From assembly GCA_013239625.1 (NCBI GenBank), contig MU053504.1, positions 1,304,001 through 1,368,000 on the forward strand: a stretch of DNA of 64,000 nt, written 5' to 3'. Positions within the stretch are counted from its first letter, which is position 1. Every line of letters begins with the position of its first letter. The position numbers and the translations under genes were made by a program. This document shows, piece by piece, positions 49,411-63,470 of this stretch. This DNA is from Lama guanicoe. Its lineage: Eukaryota. The notes under the pieces are model-generated. The model was given only the letters and a program-made list of their open reading frames with translations. It ran no database searches and was not told where the DNA came from.

Positions 49411-49848
49411 ACTGAGGAGCCTCCCTCTGAGAAGGGAGTGAGAGGAGGCTGCACAACTTCAGCCAAAGGCTTTCAAGGGCTCATTACAATCCAATTCTTT
49501 TGATTTAAGGACTTCAAATCCTTTTCTGAGCAGCAATGCCGTTTTCTAGAGACCACAGAGAACGAGACAGGAGGCCATGCGATTGGCTCGATGGCTGGTA
49601 GGGGGCAGTGGTAAAATCCTGGCCAGAACCTAACCCAGTAATGCTCTGAGTGTCTCCCCATCCTGAGGACTGGATGCCTATGGCTTAGCGATAAATGTCC
49701 TGGCTAAATGCAAGGCCCCTTCCCTTGGGCCCTACAGAGAAGCAGCAAGGCCTTGTGCCCCTAACCCATCAATCCCACTTCTTCCTCCATCCTTCCCTGG
49801 CCTCTTCCGCTGTCGGGCCAACCAGGCGTGCGGTCTCTGCCCTTCCAG

Positions 49849-50088
49849 GATGGGTTCCTTCTATGCCCCAGGCCTGGTGGGCATCAACGTGCTGCGCCTG
49901 CTGACCTCCATGTACTTCCAGTGCTGGGCGGTGATGAGCAGCAATGTCCCCCACGAACGCGTGTTCAAAGCCTCCCGGTCCAACAACTTCTACATGGGCC
50001 TCCTGCTGCTGGTGCTCTTCCTCAGCCTCCTGCCCGTGGCCTACACCATCATGTCCCTCCCGCCCTCCTTTGACTGCGGGCCATTCAG
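49849..50088 (+). CDS. TMC2: TMC2 exon 16
   Basis: cttccag| ... CAG|gtacac, 240 nt; [48 protein letters not shown]...PPSFDCGPF. Confidence 0.98.
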
Positions 50089-52059
50089 GTACACAGCATT
50101 CTTGGTTGCAGGAAAGTGGCTCCCCCCAACCCCCAGGGGCAGTCTGTGCAGAGATCCCAGGCTTGGAATTCCAGTCCTTGTGTCACGTCAGCCTGTAAAA
50201 GGCCATGGGGCTCTGGACGAATCCTTAAGGCTGTTCAATAGAGTTTTCTGCAGGCTGGAAATGTTCCATGCGTGTGCTCTCCTATATGGTAGCCGTGAGT
50301 CGCATGTGGCGGGTGAGCACTTGAAATAAGGACCAAGAAACTGAATTTCTAATTTTATTTCATGTAATGAATTTTAATTTAAATAACCAGAGGTGGCTAA
50401 TGGCTACCATATGGGACAGCGCAGCTCTAACCTTTCAACATATGGATAATCTACTGCCCTGGTTTATTGCCGTAGGATCAGTAATGGGGGGTTCTGAAAA
50501 TGAAATGACCATACATTTACAAGTGCCATTCAAATGTGGAGCAGCTATTAAGGCTGCTGACAGGGTCCCCACGCTCTACAGAGCACTCGCCAGCACTGCA
50601 GCTTCAAGGTGTAAGTGGACTAGCTTCAGAGGCTAGACTGGAAATTATATAAAGAGATAAATAATTATGTAAAGAGGTAGGTGGAGAAATAAGTTGCATC
50701 TACTGCTCTCTTTCCAAATGGACACCCTCTGAAAACAAAGCCCTTTCTCCTCTGCCTCAAAAGGGATTCCATCGTTCAAGAGTTTGGAACATGCTGTCCC
50801 TTTTCTCCGCCACTTCCTCACTTAGAAATATACGATGCACACTCCTTTATTAAAGGCTGGGAGGAAATGTGCAGGAAGATACTGTGTGCAGGCCAGTGCC
50901 TCCATCCCTACTGACTACAGACCCTTTCTTCACGGAACACCATCCCAGGCCTGGAGGAGGGTGGGGCAAGGGAGGGGCCCACCTGCACCCACACAACCCC
51001 GAGGGCAGCACCTCCGTAAACTGTGCACCCCACGGCCTCGCCTACCTCTCTCCAATCCCTACCCCGCCTACTACGGGGATCAGCGCGCTGTGGGAAATGC
51101 TGATCTGGCACTTCTCAGTTTGTAAGGGACTGACCTAGAGCCCTATGGTTGGTGGCCCACAGTAAGCGCCGGCAGAGCTCAGGAGAGTCGTTAGCAGGAG
51201 AGCTCACAGCAGAGTGTGATGGGGCTGAACGAGGGTCCAGGCAGAAGGAGAGGTGGGCTGGATCCAGAGCAGAAGACCATAGGAGGCCTGGGCAACAGGC
51301 TGAGGGGCAAGCACACAGCAGAAGTGGCTGAAGCCTCTTCTGGATTCTTCCTGAGCAAGCCTTGGAGGGCTGGGCCCTGGGTACAAACACCAGTGCTCCC
51401 TTGCCTGAACCACCAACCGTCTAGGGCAGTGAGTAGGCCTGTGCCGTGTCTGGCCCTCACCACCCACCCCATCCTTGCTCCATCGCCTTCCTGAGAGGCC
51501 CAGACAGCCCACACCCAAGGAGCAGAGAAAGGGACAGGAAGGTGCATCTCAGGGGGAAATCTGGCTGCCCCCTCCTTCGGGTCACTCTGCTGATCAAAAC
51601 CCACCAACAGCTAGAATGTTCATCCCTCAGATATTTTCACAGCTGCCCTCTCACTTCAGATCTTTACTCCAAGGCCACCTTTTCAGTGAGGACTTCCCTG
51701 GAGACCCTCACTGAAATCACACACACACACATGCATGCACGCACACACACTTCTTTTCATTATTTCTGTTTATTACATTTCTCTATCAACATCTAGCATA
51801 TCATTCTTTTTACTTTTTTATCTTATTTGTTGTCTGTCTCCCTCACCAGGCTATAAGTTCCATCCAGGTGTGATTTTTTTCTTCTTTCTTTCTTTCTCCC
51901 TGCTTTATACCCAGCATCTAAGAGAAACACCTGGTTTATGGTCATGCTCGAACCAGACCCTCCACCTCACGGAAATTCACCTTCACAGGAAGGAATTTAG
52001 GGTTTGGACCAGATCCAGGCAGGCAACATAAGTGAATGAGATGGTCAGCATTGCATAGC

Positions 52060-52268
52060 ACAGAGTTAAAAGTAGAGGTTAATGGACCAAATCCAGGCCA
52101 CCACCTGTTTTTGTAAATAAAGTTTTATTGGAACACAGCCTCACCCGTTTGCTTCCATATAATCTATGGCTGCTGTCTCGCTGCAACAGCAAAATTGAGC
52201 AGTTCCGACAGAGACCATCTGGCTCACAAAGCCTACAATCTTTGCAGAGAAAAACTGCCAGCCCCCTG
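52060..52268. mobile_element. MER58A-like hAT-Charlie MITE
   Basis: ccacctgtttttgtaaataaagttttattggaacacagcc...gagaccatctggctcacaaagcct. Confidence 0.8.
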
Positions 52269-52557
52269 ATTTAGAGCATCATCTCTTCAGCTGGCTCTGT
52301 CATTTGCCAGCTGGGGCATCCTGAGCCAGTTACTTAGTTCCTTCCCCCTCAGCTTCACAGCCTGTGAGATGGAAATGACGGCAGTGCCTGCTTCACGGGT
52401 TGTTGTGAGGATTTGGTGTGCTGTTGTCTGTAAAGTCCTTAGAGGACGGTGTGAATGCATATAAGGCATACATCAGAGTTGGTTAAGCTTGAGCCCTGCC
52501 CGAGTTTGGGGTAGCTGGTACTCAACAAGGCTGGGAGGTGGGAAGCATTATCTACAC

Positions 52558-55118
52558 CAGAAATCAGCTCATTTTTTCTTTTAGAGCCTGACAGTACATA
52601 TTTTAAGACTCTGGAGATGAAGAGGCAAAATCAAGCATATTATGTAGGTACTTCTATAACAAGAGAGAAACAAGTACCCACAACATTTTTACTTTTAATG
52701 GCAAAATTCAAGATATGATGATGAGTACAACTTTTTGTAATGCAGGTCTACCAATGAGAAGAATGGAATTCTTTGGGAGCAGGGCAGGTGATAGTTCACA
52801 TAATGGAGGTTCAAAGTTACTGTTCCCCATCATCAAAAATCAGTTGTCCTGCCCAGATTGCCACTTTTGCTGCCTGGATCCATGACTGTGCCAGACGTGG
52901 CAACCCATCTACCACATAGGAAAAAAAGTTGCCATAAAGCCTTATTACCACTAAGCCATTGAACTGCTACGCAGTAGAGCAAGACAGGATATTTGGTTTC
53001 TATTTCTGATTTTTAAAATTCACAGATATGGAAATGATTAAGGTATAAGAGCAAATGAAGTTTACTGTTGACACTGTTGATTCAATTGCACCTGGTAGAT
53101 TCAAATATTTTCTGCAAATCATTTACTGATGAGTAAGACAATGAATAACCATAGTCTGTACACACCTGAAATTGCCCAAGCTTCACTAATTTGCTCATGT
53201 GAGAAAGCCAAGGGGGAGGCTGGACAACCTTCTGCTAGTGCTTTTGAAGGATCAAGAGATCTAAATATTCAATCACGCAGAGGGTTCTTTTAAGCATGTA
53301 ACTTGATCCTCTCAACCATCCAAGGAGAAGCCAGAAACAGAGATGGAATTATCCAGGAAAGATCTGTGTAGGACTCTCTTGTGTAGTGGACTGAGTTCCC
53401 ATGACATACATAGAAGATCCACCAGGTATCTGAGAAAGTTATATGAGCAGGAACACAGCCTGGACTGAAAGGGGCAGAGAAGAGACAAAATGAAAGCGAG
53501 CCGTTGGACTCCAAATATTTGATGAGCAGTAAACAGGTTGATAAAATCTTCTCAGTTAAAACATGTGTTACTCTTCAAAACAAAGGAAGGATGACTCTGA
53601 GGCCAGAATCTTGGGCCTGGAGGGCAGAGCTTCAGGCACAGAGGATGGCGCCAAGAGCATAGAGGATTATTCTCAGGCCTTTGAAATCCAATAGAATTTG
53701 GCTGATTGGATTTCAAAATTGCTGGGAACTGGTTATTCCTTTCTTCCTTCCATTTCCTCCCTTTTGGAATTGGAATATCTGTAACTGTTATCCTGTGGCT
53801 GACCAACAATTAAATTTTGGGAGCAAATAACTTATTTTCTAGTTTCACAGCTTCTCAGATAGAGAGGAATTTTGCCCCCAAATGGATCACCCACAGATTC
53901 TCCTCCATACCTGATTCAGATGATGAGGTTTGGGACTTTTGACCTGATGATATTGAGATGAGATTTTGGACTCTTGAGTTGATGCTGTAATGGGTTGAGA
54001 CTTTGGGGGATGTAGGGATGGTGGTGAAAGTATTTTACAGGTGAATGAGTACGAATCTTTGGAGGCCAGAGAGTAGGGTGTAGTGGATTGAATAATGGCT
54101 TTTAAAAAGTCCAGGTCCTAATCCCTGGAATATATTACCTTATGTAGCAAAACAGCCTTTGCTTATGTGATTAAGGATCTTGAGATGGGAATTGTCTGAA
54201 TTACCCAGGTGGGCACTAATCCTTCTAAGAGTGAGGCAAAAGGAGATTTGACTAGAGAGGAGCTGTAAGTGGTGTGACCATGGAAGCAGAGAGAGATGTT
54301 TAAAATTTCTATGATGCTAGCTTTGAAGATGGAGGAAGGGGCCATGAGCCGAGAAAGGGGCCATGAGCCAAGGAAGGCAAAGAACAAAGCTGTAAAAGCT
54401 GAAAATAGGAAAGGAAAACAGAGTCCTCCCTAGAGCCTCTCTCTGAATAGAGAGCAGCCCTGCCAACACTTTGGTATCAGCCCAGTGAGACCATTTCAAG
54501 ACTTTCTGGCCTCCAGAACTGGAAGAGAATAAATCTGTATTATTTTAAGCCACCAGTGTGCTCATTTGGTCAGTAGGCACTGAAAATGCATCCATCATTG
54601 AATGCAGCAAATTCAATGAAAAGACAGTCCACCCTCTATTGTGACTTAAAATCGTCACATTTGAAATCCACTTGTCTTTTCTCGTTTTTACATAGCGAGT
54701 ATGCCCAGGTAATAAATGATAAATTAAATGTTACAATATGGTGATATGCATGGCACTTGAAATGCTGTCCTGTTATAACCACATCACTGCAATTTGTAGT
54801 GTGCTGGGCGACAGTGCTAAGCACTGAGATGGCCACAGATGTTCTCTACCCCAGCTGCTCATCTCTGCTCAAATTGTAGCACAAAAACAACCACAGACAA
54901 TATGTAAATAAGTCAGTGTGGCCGTGTTCCAATAAAACTTTATTTACAGACACTGAAGTTTGCATTTCATACTTCAGTTTGTATGTCACAAAATATCCTT
55001 CTTCTTTTGATATTTTTCCAACCATTTAAAAATGTAAAAACCATTCTTAGCCCACAGGCCATATGAAAACAGGTAGCAAGTTGAATTTGGTCCACGGGCC
55101 ATTTTTTTGCCAAGCCCT
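52558..55118. mobile_element. Cheshire/MER58-family hAT element interrupted by a MaLR insertion
   Basis: MER58-type ends (cagaaatcagc...; gtgtggccgtgttccaataaaactttattt...gccaagccctg) with decayed interior. Confidence 0.65.
53170..54560 (+). mobile_element. MaLR internal remnant plus 3' LTR (MLT1D-like, LTR from ~54079)
   Basis: Purine-rich tract, then tgtagtggattgaataatgg...cctaatccctggaa...ggcctccagaactggaagagaataaat. Confidence 0.72.
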
Positions 55119-55489
55119 GATTGACAGTTTACATAAGAGAAAAGTGAAGCTTCTAGATGCAACATTTTAGAGGGCACTTGTAACTTGACAGCCCCTTACT
55201 CGATGTTTTATATGAATCCATGTCTATGTCCTCTAAACAATCTTTGGAGGCAAAAGCTATTATTACACTCATAATACCATATTATACTAGATTATTATTG
55301 TACTATGTTATACAGATGAGGAAACCAGGGCTGAAAAATTTTCAATATCTTGCCCAAAGATATCAAACCTCTCTACAGCACTATCCAACAGAACTTTCTA
55401 TATGAGGGGGAAATCCATATCTGCACCTCAAATACAGTAGCTATTAGTCATATGACTTGAGCACTTGAAATGTGAAACTGAGAAACTGA

Positions 55490-55543
55490 ATTTAACTGAA
55501 CTGAACTGAATTGAATTGAATTGAATTGAATTGAATTGAATTG
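55490..55543 (+). repeat. (TGAAC)/(TGAAT)n pentanucleotide microsatellite inside a MER3-like element
   Basis: aactgaactgaactgaattgaattgaattg... Confidence 0.9.
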
Positions 55544-56297
55544 ACTTTTAATAGGACAGTACAGCTCTAGTGGGAAAAGCGAGGGTATGAATACAGGCAT
55601 AAAGTGAGTATGTAAATTGTCCACAGTGTTCCACAGCTAATAAATAGAGGAGTGAGAATTTAAATCAGGAATTTCAAACCACAAAGTCCAGGTCTTGGTA
55701 CCCAAACTACCAACCAAAGCCAGAAGCAGCCAGCAGTCTGGGCAGGTATTTGTGGAAGGCAGTCTGCATAATGGTTCTTAGGTATTCAAAGAAAATCAAA
55801 ATTACTGTTGTGAACTGTCCAGGAGCCTCTCCTAGGCAATCCCATCTCCTGGAATTCTAATCTGAAGACAAATTGTAGGTACTTTTGAGTCATCATGCGA
55901 GCACCCATCACATCAGTCTCTGGAGAGTGATCTCCATGCCCGGGACCCCGGAGAAAGCTCCACATTGGTCCCCAGGCTACATCACAGGCAATTTTCTCCC
56001 ATGAGAGTGTGGGAGAAAACCCACTTCCATCTTGCTGAGGGAGGTGCCAGGCACAGGAGATGAATGTAGTTTGAGGGGTTGTGAGGCACAGAGGATGGCA
56101 GCCTGGGGCAGCTATAAACCTGAGCCAAAGGGCAGCCCCTTATAGGGCGTCTCTTACTTGCAGTCCCTGTGGAGCAGAGCTCGGGTTCTTCCAGGAGAGC
56201 AGTGGTGGGTGGTAGCTTGGACCCACAGGGCACTGACACAGCTGTTTACACCATAGGAGCTCTGAGCAGGCTGTAATGTATCCTCTCCTCTTTCCAG

Positions 56298-56423
56298 TGG
56301 GAAAAACAGAATGTATGATGTCATCCAAGAGACAATCGAAAACGATTTCCCAACCTTCCTGGGCAAGATCTTTGCTTTCCTCGCCAACCCAGGCCTGATC
56401 ATTCCAGCCATCCTGCTGATGTT
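56298..56423 (+). CDS. TMC2: TMC2 exon 17
   Basis: tttccag| ... TT|gtaagt, 126 nt; GKNRMYDVIQETIENDFPTFLGKIFAFLANPGLIIPAILLM. Confidence 0.98.
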
Positions 56424-56927
56424 GTAAGTTAGCCAGGCTCTTACATGGCCCTGCCTCATGGAACCCTCTGCATGCAGTTGAAAATTCCTTGGCAGGTCCT
56501 TCTTTCTCGCTCTCTTAATTTGGATTTCCCAGAAGCAAATCCTAAAACAAAGATTTAAATGCAAGTAATTTATTGGAGGGGAGGGGAGAGGGAGTTGGAA
56601 TAGGGAAGTGAGACAGAGAAGGGACGGGAAGGGGCATTCCTACTCCTGGGATGACGTTAATCTCGCTGGGAATTCTGGGAAACAGCGTACCTCTGAGTTA
56701 TCCCGCTCAAGGGTGAGGGGTCCAGAGCATGTGCAGACCAGCTCCCATCAGTCACTGGTTGAGTGCTGCTGGGAGACATGGAAGGGGAGAGGCATTGGTT
56801 AATTCACTGGCAGTTTGGGCTGAATGGTTTCTGTGGAGGGGAAGCTTCAGGTATGGGGTGAAGATACTGGCCGCTGCAAGTCTGTCAGGGAACACACAGA
56901 AGGTGGGGCCTGAAGAATGAGGTGGTT

Positions 56928-57061
56928 GGGGAGGGTATAGCTCAGCGGTAGAGGACATGCCTAGCATGCACGAGGTCCTGAGTTCAATCCCCAGTACCTC
57001 CATTAAAATAAATAAACCTAATTACCTCCCCCCTCAAAAAATAAAATTAATTAAATAAACA
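56928..57061 (+). mobile_element. tRNA-Ala-derived SINE (long form)
   Basis: tRNA head plus aaataaataaacctaattacctcccc tail; TSD aagaatgagg. Confidence 0.93.
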
Positions 57062-59095
57062 AAGAATGAGGAAATGTCCACTAGAAATATCAAAGACCCC
57101 TGAGTCCCTGAGAAATCTGGGGCCTGATGCAGCCTGTCCCTAGCTGGGCCCACAGGACTTCTTCACGGAGCACCCTGTGCACTGAACATTCGGTGCGTTC
57201 ATCGCTGACCCTCTCACAGGCTGAGAACCCCCTGAGATAGTAGAACTGCTCCAGAGAAGCACATTTTCAAAAGTTTTATATCTTATCAGAACAAAGAACA
57301 TTAAACAAATCAGGGATATATTCCTTCAAGGTTTCAAAAAAAAAAAAGACCAGCATTCACACAGCAAGTCAGTAGGGCCTCAACACCTGGGAAGAGAATC
57401 TTTCCATCAAAGGAGGACCAACACCGGCGTCCTAGGAAGGGAGGCATTTAATCTTTATTTTTAACATGGACTTTCTTTACTTCTGGTCAATGCACCCCTT
57501 TCTTTAATAACCAAAACATATGTACAATGTGTGTTCGATGGGCCACAAACAGGCTGATCTAATTAGCATCAAATTCGAGTTAACTCATGCATAAGGCAGA
57601 ATGACTTCTGCACACCTCAATATGGGAAAATTTTCTTTCATCAACTGTATGAATAAACCACAATTTACCCATTTCTCCGCATGGAGATAGGCTATTTCCA
57701 CTATTTTGCTATTGCAAATGTGTTCCTTACGTATGTCTCCTTGTGCACATGTTCACATTTTCCTAAGACAGACTTCAGGAAATGAAACTGCTGGTTCAGA
57801 GGTATGGGTTTCTTCAGTCTTTGTAGGCAGCGCTGAATTGCTCTCCAAAACAGGTGTCTGCCTTACATCCTCGTCTTCAGATGTCCTCTGCTTCTAGTCC
57901 TGGTGTGAGCGGGGGCTGCCATGACAGTGATCACCTGGACTGCCCTGTGACTGCCTGAGGAAATCCTAGAACCCAGACAGACACCAAGCCTGAACCTTGT
58001 GGGCAGCCCAGGGAAATGCTAAACTTGTAAACAGCCTCCAGAGGAACACAGGCACCACGAGCATTTTCTCCTCTCTGACCTCCAGTTCCTCCCTAATAAA
58101 CAGGCTGTGAATTAGGAGGCAGGATGAGCCTGGAGGGTGTCTCACCCATAGATAGCAGTCCCTTTGCCTGACCTCCCTTCTGGCCGCTCTTCATCCTTGA
58201 GTCTTTGCTTCAGGAGGATCGGGACAGCCTGACCCACACTCTGCCGACAACCACAGGGTTCCTCCCTCTGGCTACAAGACAGCCCGCAGCCCCTTCTTAA
58301 GTGGCTCTGGGTGGCCCCACCCTGAGGGGGAGGCTCAGAGGACCCAAGCTGGAGCAGCTGAGGCTTGAAATGCAGGAAGAAAAGTGACAGATAAGGACAG
58401 GCTGACAGAGCACCCAATCCAGGTGCTTTTGTGGCCCCTCCCTCTCAGGTGGTACGCCCAGGTCACAGTCCCAAATCCTGGGTCCTGTGAAAGGGAAGCC
58501 CGGGCTACAGCCTCAAAGGACACCCTGCAACCCAGTCTGCTCATGGGGGTGGACTGAAAACCGCAGGCGCGGGACAGACATTCCCATCAGTGCTCCCTGG
58601 GCAGAGGCCCTTCGGGGTCGACGCACTTGTTTCTAGGCCAACGTGGAGAGGTCACTTAGTTCCTCTCTCCCTCCTCTCTCAGCACTTGAAGCTGGTGGCA
58701 AGGGCCCTGGAGTCAAATGCAGACTCCGACAAGTTCTAATAGAGGGGGTGACCTTGGGCAAATTACTTCACCCCTCTAAATTCCAGAATACCAATCTGTA
58801 AAGAGGGGAGTCGTCCTTTCTGCTTCATAAGGTTTCATCTAAACCAGTCAGATGTGGAGTGGCTAGAGATGTGTAGGTCATTTCCACGTTGAATAAAATA
58901 GAGAGAACGGGGATGCCCAAGATCTTGTCCATGTTAACTGGGGAACTTAGGATCGTAGGACCTCCCTCCACCCTGCCCAGAGGCAAAGCCTGGACACCTA
59001 TTCCAGGAAGCCTGCCATGATTCCTCGGGAAAGGCGTCCAGCTCTTGTCATCTTTCAAGATCACAGTGCCCCAGGAGCATGCTTTTCTCTTGCAG

Positions 59096-59174
59096 CCTGG
59101 CCATCTACTACCTGAACTCAGTTTCCAAAAGCCTTTCCCGATCTAATGCCCAGCTGAGGAAGAAAATCCAAGCG
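59096..59174 (+). CDS. TMC2: TMC2 exon 18
   Basis: cttgcag| ... GCG|gtgagt, 79 nt; LAIYYLNSVSKSLSRSNAQLRKKIQA. Confidence 0.97.
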
Positions 59175-59247
59175 GTGAGTCTGATGGGAGTTTTCAATCA
59201 AAAAAAAATGTTACGTTTTTGGTTTTTGCTGATTTGCCCTGTGAGCC

Positions 59248-59932
59248 TGTTATGGAGTCCAAGCTCATACTGCTCGCCACACGACTGGCCAATAAATTGA
59301 GAGCCAAGTTGTTGGGGGCAAGAAATGGCAACTTTATTCAGAAAGCCAACAAACCAAAAGGGTGGTGGACTAGAGTCTTCGAGAACAATCTTAACTCAAT
59401 AAAATTCAGGCTGCTTTTATGTTAAGGGAAAGGGAAAGTGGGAGGGTTCACGATCAAAGGACAAAAGCAAAAGTGCAGACTTCTTGGAGCCACTTGACCT
59501 TCAGGGGAAGCATAACATTTCTTCTGCTTTCTCATGCAGGCTGGATGAAGGCTCTTGCAAAAGCTTCAAATTGTTAGCAGTTATTTTTAATCTACTATTT
59601 TTTTTCTCTTTTCTTTTTCTTTTTCTTTGTTTTTCTTTGCCTTTCATGGGGGTTTTTTGTTTGGTTTTTTCTTTCTTTTTTTTTTTTCTTTCTTACTCTA
59701 CCCTTCTTCTCTCTGCTTATTAGCAAGTTTTCTGGGCCAAAAGCAAATTTATCTGTAATAAGTAGTAGCCATAACTAGCTCAGGACCGTAAGATGGGGAC
59801 TTAATGAGCTATTTGGGCACAAGCAGCACTTCTCGAACATTTACCTCTGGGTGGGCAGGGCCGGAGGACATGAGCTCAAGAGTGAGGGAGGCAGTTCCCA
59901 CGCGGTGTTAGTTCTGCTCTTCCTCGGCTACG
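59248..59932 (-). mobile_element. Solo LTR, ERV1-like, antisense
   Basis: Exact 4-bp TSD AGCC (59244-59247 and 59933-59936); TG start, CG in place of CA at the other end; related to the 36804 LTR. Confidence 0.82.
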
Positions 59933-60684
59933 AGCCCAATTGTGTTCTTTAAATGACTTTCTTCTAAACCAAATCCAAAACTAGCCGTATGCGAGGAAGC
60001 AACCTTGAGAGACCTGCATTTATATTCTGAGGGTATTTGGGAGTACATGACATTAATGACTTAAATTTTGAGAGGTTGCAGAAGTACAAGAGAAACTCAA
60101 TGGATTCACCCAATGTTCATATATAATAAAAACCAGTACCCACAATAATTTTTACAGATTAAAACTAGTACTAGAAATATTAAAGAAAATAGTATTGTCA
60201 AAACGACATATTGCTCGTGCCCCACGGCCCAAGTTGTCACCTAAGTCCCCTCCATGCTCAGGCAGCCTGTCTCAACATCAGCTGACACCCTGACAGCCTC
60301 CGCTCACCCAGCCCCCACCCCGACCTCCTACACACGGTAAAGGGTGGACCCCAACTTTCCCTAAGCCCTGTCCTCCTGGCTTCCTCGCCTCCTCTTCTGG
60401 AACTTCTGGAACTTTCATCAGCCTCACTGCCAGTTCCCCACCCACAGTTCCTTCTGGTGCTCCCACTGTCCTCCTGCCCAGGTACAGAAAACCACTGAAG
60501 TACCACACTGGCAGAGTTCCTGTCCTGTCCTCCTCTGGCCAGATGTTCTTTCAAATGCTGTGCAAACCTGAGTCCCAGGTGCCTCTCCAGTCAGTGGTGG
60601 GGACCAGAGCCGGCAATTTAAGGTGATTGCCCTCTAGAGCTCACCATCCTGGGCTCTGAACCTCAAAACCCCATTTCCCTGCAG

Positions 60685-60802
60685 CTCCGTGAAATTGAGA
60701 AGAGCCACAAATCTGTCAAAGGCAGAGCCACAGCCAGAGATTCAGAGGAGACAGCTAATGGCAACTCCAAAAATTCCACCCAGCTCCAACTCCCCAAAGA
60801 AG
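60685..60802 (+). CDS. TMC2: TMC2 exon 19
   Basis: ccctgcag| ... AAG|gtaaat, 118 nt; LREIEKSHKSVKGRATARDSEETANGNSKNSTQLQLPKE. Confidence 0.96.
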
Positions 60803-63470
60803 GTAAATTCTATTTCATGATGGTTGCTTTTTACAAGGCTACCTGGGAAAGTATAAAGAGCATAGGCTGTGGAATCAGATGGATTTGGGATTGAAATCAG
60901 ACATCTGACCGTATGAAGTCGGGCAGATTAACATAAGAGCAATCATAGCGCCGACCTCGTGGGATGGTGCAGATGAAATGAGATTATGCCTGTGATGTGC
61001 TTCACAGACTTCCTGGCATAGAGAAAGAACTAATGAATGTAAGCTGGTAGGAGGAGGAGGAGGAGCTGTAAAATGGGGGAAATACCAGGGATGTCTCCCC
61101 CATTCTATCCCCTGAGTCTCTCACTACATTTTCTAGGGTGACAGTTCCTTCTGTTCTTCGTTATTCTGTCTTCGTTTCTTGGATGATTTTGTCTTGTCTT
61201 CACTTTCCCTCCTGAGTCTGTCATTTCCCACATCATCTGCTCTTAATGTCTGGCTACTTAACCTGATGGAGGAGCACGATGGGTGTCCCACCCAGATCCC
61301 TTTAAGATGCTTGGAGGTTGGCTGACATGACTCGCAGCTGCCAGGGATGGAGGAGGTGTTTGTTTTCCACGTTGTTTTGAGTGTTTTCTTTGGAAAGAGA
61401 CACGGGGAGATTTGCATCTGGGAGCCTCTACTCCCACCAGAACTAGTGTGTATTCTCTGAAAGAAGAGCAGGGCTGGAATAGCTGGAATAACAGGGTGAG
61501 AAAAGGCTGCATACGTTCCAAAGACGGTGTCACCAAGCTTCAAAGGGGAGTAGTCACAGACCACCTCTCTCCACCTTAGGAGTGAGGAGGGATCAAACTG
61601 AAAGAGACCAACCATCTCTGAGCAGATCCCGTCTTCCAAGGATTGCTCCTGTGTTAAAATTTAACAGAGTCAGTATCCTGTAATGTTGGCCTTGGATGAG
61701 GCTGTTGAATGAGATGCACAAGAAAAGGCTGGTAGTTTAGGAGTTAGACTTTTTAGTGCAGAAATTACTTATCACTGATTTGATGCCTTTACAAGACATC
61801 ACAAGACTCTAGGAAACAGAACCAAGAAGAATTTAAGCCCATAGCACTAATTCCCTGAGATCCAGGAGTGCAGAAAGTGACTGGGGAGGCAGATTAGGAG
61901 AAACAAGGGCACCTGTGTGCAGACCTTTGTTGATCCTGGGATGGTACTGAAATAAACCACAGACAAGTGGATGTAGCCAAAAGAGGACAGGAGGTCTGTG
62001 TTAACACAGAACCTACTCCCGATGCGTCTCCAAAACATATGGAAGGCTTTTTAAAGCCACAGATGCTCTTGTCAGTAAGATCAGCTGCAGTCCAGCCATC
62101 GATGCCCTGAAAGACTGGTTCAGAGAGGAAAACCACTTAGTGTGGAGCTGAGGAAAATGTTTGAAATCACCTAATCACCTAGTTTTTCCCTATGGGGCAG
62201 GAAATGGAAAAAAGGTGATATTTTGTTGTAATATCACCAACAGAAACAAGATCAAAAATGAAATGGACATGTTTGGACACTGATGGAAGGGAAAAAAAAT
62301 AGGTTTATAAAACATTTTCTCTGAGAAACCAGGAAACTTGCATTGGTTTGACAGTGGTCCATTGGTGTCCCCAGAGTCCCAGCATCCCTGTCTACTGCAC
62401 TCACTCCTGTCCCTCCTCTTTGCTGGCTGCTGGTCTAAAGTTTGCCCCTCTCCAACTCTGAATGTTTGTTACAGATGTAAAGCTCTTTCCTTCGATTGTA
62501 TGCTGATGAATCACCATTGCGGTATTTGATTTTTAAAGCAATGAAAGCGTATCTGAACACGTCGGTGGGACTAGGGTGTGGGGGAGTGCTGAGGAAGGTG
62601 GTCAGCCTTTAACCTAGAAAACTCCAGCAGCCTCTATTCCTGCCCTCATTTATCTTCTCTTTCTTGAAGTATTCCCTAGAATGACACCAGCTGCTGTAAC
62701 AGAAAGGCCTAAGACAGCTCATGGCTCAAACACAATACAAATGTACTCCTCGCTCAGCGTAAGGTCCAAATATGTTTCCACCTGATGGCTACTTTCTCCT
62801 CAAGGGATGATGTGGGGAGCCCTGGCTCTGTCCATCCTGTGACGGCACCTGCATCGAGCTGGGACGGGGAGGAGCCTAGAGGACACACATGGACCTGGTG
62901 CACATCAAAGCCTGGACTTTGGCCACAGATCACACCATCCACAATGGAAACTTACTCCATTTCTGTGGCCCAGGAACTGGGTTTGGTGAAGAACAAGCCA
63001 GGAATTGCCCCCAACTTGGAGTGAGGGGAGGAAGGAAACAGTGAGTGAAAGAGCTGGAAATGGATCTGAGTTCCAGGAGCACTGTCCTGGGGTTGATCCA
63101 AACAGCTTCCACAAGCCTTCCTCTCGTCATATCTGACCCTGGTAGCTGCCTGTGAGGCTGTTGTTATTATTGCTCCAATTTTATTCTCAAGAAAAACCAG
63201 GCTTAGAGAATCTAGCCTAAGAGCAGCATTCAAAGTCTAGTTCTCCAGCCAGCAGATCCTACTCGTCCAACACGTCTGTTTATGCCAAAGTTAGGTCAAA
63301 GTGCCCCTAGATGCCTGAGGGTGATCCCTTCTCACATCTCACATCTCACATCACCAGATCGGACTGAAATCTACCTACAGCACAGGGCAGCTCCAGAGAG
63401 GTCCAAGTCCATACCAGGAAGCTGTAGGGAAGCCTTGCACATCCTCATTCTTGTCTTGTTCATTTTCCAG

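Noticed and set aside
61133..61639. 168-aa minus-strand ORF in intron 19
   Set aside because: TTG start, no family I recognise, no TSD or poly(A) suggesting a retrogene; a BLASTP/TBLASTN hit would be needed to revive it.
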